This document shows, piece by piece, positions 39,778 to 44,459 of a stretch of 44,459 nt of DNA. Source of the stretch: Microcystaceae cyanobacterium (lineage in GTDB: Bacteria > Cyanobacteriota > Cyanobacteriia > Cyanobacteriales > Microcystaceae). Under the pieces are notes generated by a model. The model was not told the origin of the DNA, did not search any database, and saw nothing but the letters and a program-made list of their open reading frames with translations. The stretch spans positions 1 through 44,459 of the forward strand of contig JBGTGT010000128.1 of assembly GCA_041746575.1 (NCBI GenBank). Direction: 5' to 3'. The translations under genes were made by a program, and so were the position numbers. Every line of letters begins with the position of its first letter. The first letter of the stretch is position 1.

Positions 39778-41907
39778 ATGCCAACGAAAGTTTCAGTCAA
39801 TTCGGGTCAAATTGCGATCAATGATGGTTCTACGTTTCTCGTCACCGATGTTTATGGTTGGATTGATGATACAGTAGCCCAAGGATTTTTTGTCGCAGAT
39901 ACGCGTTTGCTTTCTTACTATGAAGTGTCAATTAATCGCGATCGCCTACTTCTTCTCGCCTCCAGTCCCATTAACCATCACAGTGCTCTGTATCAGTTCA
40001 CCAATCCACAATTCCGTACCGTTAATGGTACAGTCCCTAACGGCCGGTTGATCATTGATATTCGCCGTGATATTGTCCGAGGAATGCACGAAGACATTAA
40101 TATTACGAACTATCATTCAGAAAAGGTCAAATTTAAATTAATGCTGGCGATTCGCTCTGATTTTGCCGATATTTTTGAGGTAAAATCGCAACGAATTCTG
40201 TCACGCGGTGAAACGGAGACAACTTGGAAAGAGGGTAAATTGACAACGGAGTACCACAATGGCTCCTTTCATCGAGGGTTAATCACCCAGCCAGAAAACG
40301 CCAGTTCTCAACCTCGCTATGCTAATGGTCGGCTATTTTTTGATGTTGTACTGGAGCCGGGACAAACTTGGCACACCTGTATTAATTTTGCGGTGATCGT
40401 AGGGGATGAGATATTTTACTCCCAAAACACCTGTGCGGTGGAACATAATACAGAAGCAAAACAGCTCAGTCAGAATTTTCTAGCTCAGGCGACTCAGCTG
40501 CGATCGTCCAATGCAGAAATTGCGGCTTACTATCAGCAAGCGTTGATCGATATGGCGGCACTGCAAATCAAAGTAGAAAATAACGGGCATGACTTTTGGA
40601 TGCCTGCGGCAGGAATTCCCTGGTTTGTTGCCGTGTTTGGACGCGATTCTGTCGTAGTCAGTATGCAGACGATGGCAGTCTATCACGGGTTTGCTTATGG
40701 TACCTTGCTGCGACTGGCGCAACTGCAAGCCACTGAAGTAGATGATTGGCGTGATGCCCAACCGGGAAAGATGCTCCATGAATTGCGGCACGATGAACTG
40801 ACGCATCTTAAGCAACTACCTTACACGCCCTATTATGGGGCGATCGATACGACCATTCTCTGGATTACTACGCTGGCGGAGGCTTATCAATGGAGTCACA
40901 ACAAGAACTTACTACATGAATGTCGCGTTCCATTGGAGAAAGCCCTGACTTGGATTGAGAAATATGGCGATTTTGACCAAGATGGCTTTGTCGAGTATCA
41001 AACTCGATCGCCAATGGGTTTACGAAATCAGGGCTGGAAAGATTCAGGCGACTCGATGGTGTATCCGGATGGCACTCAGGTAGAGCCGCCGATCGCCCTT
41101 TGTGAAGTGCAAGGGTATGTTTATAGTGCGTGGAGAGATGCCGCCGGAATTTATGACATTTGGGGAGAACCTGAGCGAGCCAGAACGCTACGGCAGAAAG
41201 CAGATGACTTGTATCAACGATTTAATGAGGACTTCTGGATAGAAGAGGAAGGTTTTTATTGTCTCGGTTTAGATAGCCAAAAACAGCAAATTCGCTCGAT
41301 CACTTCTAATCCAGGGCATTTACTCTGGTCGGGTATTGTCCCTCAAGAACGCGCTGATCGCCTAGTCAAACGCTTATTTCAGCCCGATCTCTGGTGTGGT
41401 TGGGGATTCCGTACTCTCTCCAGCCAAAACCCTGCTTACAACCCGATTAGCTATCAGTTGGGAAGTGTGTGGCCTCACGATAATGCCACGATCGCCATGG
41501 GGTTGAAGCAATACGGCTATCATCGAGAAGCCAATCAAATTGCGGAAGGCATTTTGGCGGCGGCAGGCTACTTTGAATCAGGACGGATGCCAGAATTATT
41601 CGGGGGAATTGAGCGTCAACCTGGACGGTTTCCTGTTCCTTATCCCGATGCCAACGTCCCTCAAGCTTGGGCAGCCGGATCGATTTTTCTGCTGATTCGT
41701 GTCATGTTGGGGCTAGAAGCTAAGGCATTGGAGCGAGCGCTCATTGTCCAACCTGTTTTACCGGATTGGTTGCCCGATCTGGAATTGATTAATTTGAGCG
41801 TCGGGAAGGCAACGGTCACGCTCCGTTTCTGGCGTGAGGGTGAACAAACCCAATGGAAAGTCCTGCATCTGGAGGGTGAACTGACAGTGTATGACAAAAA
41901 TCAATAA
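39778..41907 (+). CDS. Amylo-alpha-1,6-glucosidase-like glycoside hydrolase (GDE_N_bis + GDE_C)
   Basis: AGIPWFVAVFGRDS, PGKMLHELR, NQGWKDSGD, GSVWPHDN, PELF, PQAWAAG. Confidence 0.9.
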   Translation: MPTKVSVNSGQIAINDGSTFLVTDVYGWIDDTVAQGFFVADTRLLSYYEVSINRDRLLLLASSPINHHSALYQFTNPQFRTVNGTVPNGRLIIDIRRDIVRGMHEDINITNYHSEKVKFKLMLAIRSDFADIFEVKSQRILSRGETETTWKEGKLTTEYHNGSFHRGLITQPENASSQPRYANGRLFFDVVLEPGQTWHTCINFAVIVGDEIFYSQNTCAVEHNTEAKQLSQNFLAQATQLRSSNAEIAAYYQQALIDMAALQIKVENNGHDFWMPAAGIPWFVAVFGRDSVVVSMQTMAVYHGFAYGTLLRLAQLQATEVDDWRDAQPGKMLHELRHDELTHLKQLPYTPYYGAIDTTILWITTLAEAYQWSHNKNLLHECRVPLEKALTWIEKYGDFDQDGFVEYQTRSPMGLRNQGWKDSGDSMVYPDGTQVEPPIALCEVQGYVYSAWRDAAGIYDIWGEPERARTLRQKADDLYQRFNEDFWIEEEGFYCLGLDSQKQQIRSITSNPGHLLWSGIVPQERADRLVKRLFQPDLWCGWGFRTLSSQNPAYNPISYQLGSVWPHDNATIAMGLKQYGYHREANQIAEGILAAAGYFESGRMPELFGGIERQPGRFPVPYPDANVPQAWAAGSIFLLIRVMLGLEAKALERALIVQPVLPDWLPDLELINLSVGKATVTLRFWREGEQTQWKVLHLEGELTVYDKNQ

Positions 41908-41938
41908 CAATACAGGCATGATTCAGATGACAACAGTA

Positions 41939-43504
41939 ATGAATAACTACGACATCATCATTATTGGAACAGGCGCGGGTGGTGGAACGCTAGCCCATCG
42001 ACTGGCACCCACAGGCAAAAAGATTTTGCTGTTAGAACGAGGCGACTTTTTACCGCGAGAAAAGGCAAACTGGAGTGCATTGGAAGTCTATCAAAAAGAA
42101 CGCTATCACACCGACGAACATTGGTATAACAAAGACGGAAAAACCTTTCGTCCACAAACCGGCTATTGGGTCGGCGGTAATACAAAAGTATATGGTGCAG
42201 CCTTAATTCGACTGCGCGAACGAGATTTTACACAAGTCACCCATAAAGGAGGAATTTCACCGGCTTGGGAACTCAGCTACCAAGATTTTGAACCCTATTA
42301 CACGCAGGCGGAGAAACTGTACGATGTGCATGGCGCTCGCGGTAAAGATCCGACAGAACCTCCTTGTAGCGATCCTTATCCCTATCCTCCCGTCAGCCAT
42401 GAGCCGGATATGCAGGCGATCGCCGACAGTATTCACGATCTGGGCTATTACCCATTCCCTTTACCACTGGGTTTAAAACTGAATGAACAAGATCGGACGA
42501 AAAGCCCCTGTATTCGCTGTGATACATTCGATGGCTATCCCTGTTTAGTGGGTGCGAAAGCAGACGCTGAAGTAAATGCGATTCGTCCTGCGTGTGAGAG
42601 TTACGATAACCTGACTTTACTGACTCAGGCAAAGGTATTACGATTACTCACCAGTGAATCGGGGCGGGAAATCACTGGAGTGGAGACAGAAGTTAAGGGA
42701 GAACATCAAGTGTTTAAAGGTGACATCGTTGTCGTTGCCTGTGGTGCGATTAATTCTGCGGTGTTGCTGTTGCGTTCAGCGAATGACAGACATCCAAAGG
42801 GATTAGCCAACCGTTCCGATCAGGTTGGGCGCAATTTTATGAAGCATTTGGCAACGGCATTAGTGGCTTTACATACGGAAGTCAACCGCGCAAACTTTCA
42901 AAAAACGATCGCCGTCAATGATTTCTACTGGGGTGAACCGGATTTTCCCTACCCTATGGGGATGGTGCAAAATACGGGCAACATTTTAGCAGATATGCTT
43001 CCGGCAGAAGCACCGCCGCTAATGGCTCCCTTGGTTAAACTTATTCCCAAATTTGAACGACATTTAATTGCTGAACGAACAACGGGCTGGTGGCTACAAA
43101 CGGAAGATTTACCCGATCCTAATAACCAAGTTCAAGTGATTAATGGCAATGTTCACCTAAATTACACACCCAACAATACAGAAGCAGGCGATCGCCTGAT
43201 CCATCGCTGGACTTCAGTGATGAAAACCCTCGATCACAAAGCGATGCACGTCATTCCTTTCAGCCTTTATCCTCGCACCCACGAACCCATACAGGCAGTC
43301 GGACATCAATGCGGCACCTGTCGTTTTGGTTCAGATCCGAAAATGTCAGTGCTGGATTTGAACTGCCGCGCTCACGAGGTTGATAATCTCTACGTGGTGG
43401 ATAGCAGTTTCTTCCCGTCAAACTCAGGGGTGAATCCAACACTAACGATTATGGCAAATGCCCTGCGAGTGGGAGATCATTTGATGGAACGCTTAGGAAT
43501 GTGA
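41939..43504 (+). CDS. GMC family FAD oxidoreductase
   Basis: IIIGTGAGGG, GGNTKVYGAAL, CIRCDTFDG, HQCGT, NPTLTIMANALRV. Start may be 41891, 41918, 41927 or 41939. Confidence 0.92.
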   Translation: MNNYDIIIIGTGAGGGTLAHRLAPTGKKILLLERGDFLPREKANWSALEVYQKERYHTDEHWYNKDGKTFRPQTGYWVGGNTKVYGAALIRLRERDFTQVTHKGGISPAWELSYQDFEPYYTQAEKLYDVHGARGKDPTEPPCSDPYPYPPVSHEPDMQAIADSIHDLGYYPFPLPLGLKLNEQDRTKSPCIRCDTFDGYPCLVGAKADAEVNAIRPACESYDNLTLLTQAKVLRLLTSESGREITGVETEVKGEHQVFKGDIVVVACGAINSAVLLLRSANDRHPKGLANRSDQVGRNFMKHLATALVALHTEVNRANFQKTIAVNDFYWGEPDFPYPMGMVQNTGNILADMLPAEAPPLMAPLVKLIPKFERHLIAERTTGWWLQTEDLPDPNNQVQVINGNVHLNYTPNNTEAGDRLIHRWTSVMKTLDHKAMHVIPFSLYPRTHEPIQAVGHQCGTCRFGSDPKMSVLDLNCRAHEVDNLYVVDSSFFPSNSGVNPTLTIMANALRVGDHLMERLGM

Positions 43505-43586
43505 TCACAGAAAACTCTCTCTGGAAAGATCTCTAACAAAGGAAACTTACCGGAAAATATCAAAAAGTTATCAAGAGTTAACAACC

Positions 43587-43928
43587 ATGCGTGAGCAAGA
43601 TCAATCAACCGAATCCGTACAACACCCATCTCAATCAGCGACTAATCATCCGATCGCCACAGGCGTAGGAGCGACAGGGGGCGGTGTTGCAGGTGCTGCT
43701 ATTGGTAAGGCGATCACCGGTAACGTGGGTGCCGCCGTTGGCGGTGTCGCTGGCGCGATCGCCGGAGGAGTGGCAGGAAACGCGATCGCAAAATTGACAG
43801 AGGAACTGATTGATGAGACAAAACCCTCCCTCAGTTTAGGCTTGGGTGCAGATAGCAAAGAAATTGAATTGCCTACTCACTATTCCTGGGAAGAATTGCA
43901 AGCATTATCCAAGCCTTATGTTAATTAG
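43587..43928 (+). CDS. Glycine-zipper small protein
   Basis: HPIATGVGATGGGVAGAAIG...VGAAVGGVAGAIAGGVAG, repeated GxxxG. Confidence 0.75.
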   Translation: MREQDQSTESVQHPSQSATNHPIATGVGATGGGVAGAAIGKAITGNVGAAVGGVAGAIAGGVAGNAIAKLTEELIDETKPSLSLGLGADSKEIELPTHYSWEELQALSKPYVN

Positions 43929-43963
43929 GTCATCAGCACTATGGCGATGACTGCATCTCCGCA

Positions 43964-44000
43964 TTGACATCAATTCCCGCCGTGAACGAGCGGGGATTCC
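43964..44000 (-). mobile_element. IS200/IS605-type subterminal hairpin end, no transposase visible
   Basis: Minus strand GGAATCCCCGC-TCGTTCACG-GCGGGAATT-GATGTCAA resembles cyanobacterial IS605/tnpB ends terminating in TCAA. Confidence 0.6.
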
Positions 44001-44459
44001 CCTAGAACGGGCTTAACCTAAAATGTTGCATTCACTTTGTGGCTTTCTTCTGTGGGGGCGACAAAAGGGGGTCACAAAGCATACTGTATAAGGGATGCAG
44101 CCCTCAAGCCTTTGCGATAATCGGACTGTTTGTGAGGGGAAAAAGACATCAACTGTTGCATTTCATTGTGAAAAAAGGCTGATGGGGTGACGAAGCGGTT
44201 GAAAGCTTTTAGGAATAGGGAATTGGCAGAATATGTGGTAAAAAAGAACGGTCTGCTTTGTCATAACCAGATCGAAAAAAAATAATATTACCAGAATTGT
44301 ATCGCACTCCTTTATCAAAACAATAGAAGTTTCGCATTGACAGAAAATAAAAATTATGCTGTCAAAGAAGTAGAGGAAGATAGTTGTTCTAAAATAAATT
44401 CTCGTGCTACTTTTAAAGAAAGTTCTCTTTGGAGAGAATACCAAGATTCTATAGTGGCT

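Larger units (their letters stand above)
1..44459. repeat. Dispersed HIP1 octamer GCGATCGC
   Basis: Many copies, e.g. 4869-4876 and 6421-6428, and at least 12 between 36.1 and 43.8 kb. Hallmark of many cyanobacterial genomes. Confidence 0.9.

Noticed and set aside
1478..43858. Numerous 60-140 aa ORFs nested in or antisense to confident genes (e.g. 3579, 8570, 11147, 18116, 26820, 27822, 40480, 43646)
   Set aside because: Overlap well-supported CDSs and carry no recognisable motifs.
44163..44444. 93-aa Phe-rich minus-strand ORF
   Set aside because: Composition typical of the reverse complement of A-rich DNA.
1..44459. CRISPR array, rRNA, prophage or full-length transposase
   Set aside because: No regularly spaced repeats or matching ORFs seen by eye.

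Overview
Cyanobacterial chromosome segment, indicated by frequent HIP1 octamers (GCGATCGC), psbY, psbZ, ccmP and phycobilisome genes. Bases 1-29.7 kb are mostly housekeeping: psbY, gamma-carbonic anhydrase-like gene, proA, a cobalamin riboswitch ahead of hupE/ureJ and cobW, trmJ, rsfS, yqeK, ccmP, prmA, ppx, a radical SAM gene, natE, a ferredoxin, glsA, fumC, tRNA-Gly, ribH, psbZ, tRNA-Asp and a chorismate-binding enzyme. This part also holds an orphan AT-rich desaturase, a frameshifted DUF3598 gene and small MITE-like repeats. Bases 29.8-35.4 kb look like a phycoerythrin/chromatic-acclimation locus that has collapsed by deletion. The cpeF-like lyase, the CcaS-like photoreceptor, cpeR and nblA appear intact. 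cpeY is truncated and abuts a CcaR-type G-box promoter, only a 24-codon cpeC-like remnant survives (in frame with cpeR), and cpeBA, cpeZ, cpeS/T and ccaR are not seen in the window. Bases 35.6-43.9 kb form a co-oriented accessory carbohydrate/redox cluster (VOC protein, lactonase, permease with a premature stop, glucose dehydrogenase-like SDR, debranching-type glycosidase, GMC oxidoreductase, glycine-zipper protein) with a duplicated 58-bp promoter-like element. An IS200/IS605-type end hairpin follows. All family assignments are from motif recognition by eye; no database searches were run.
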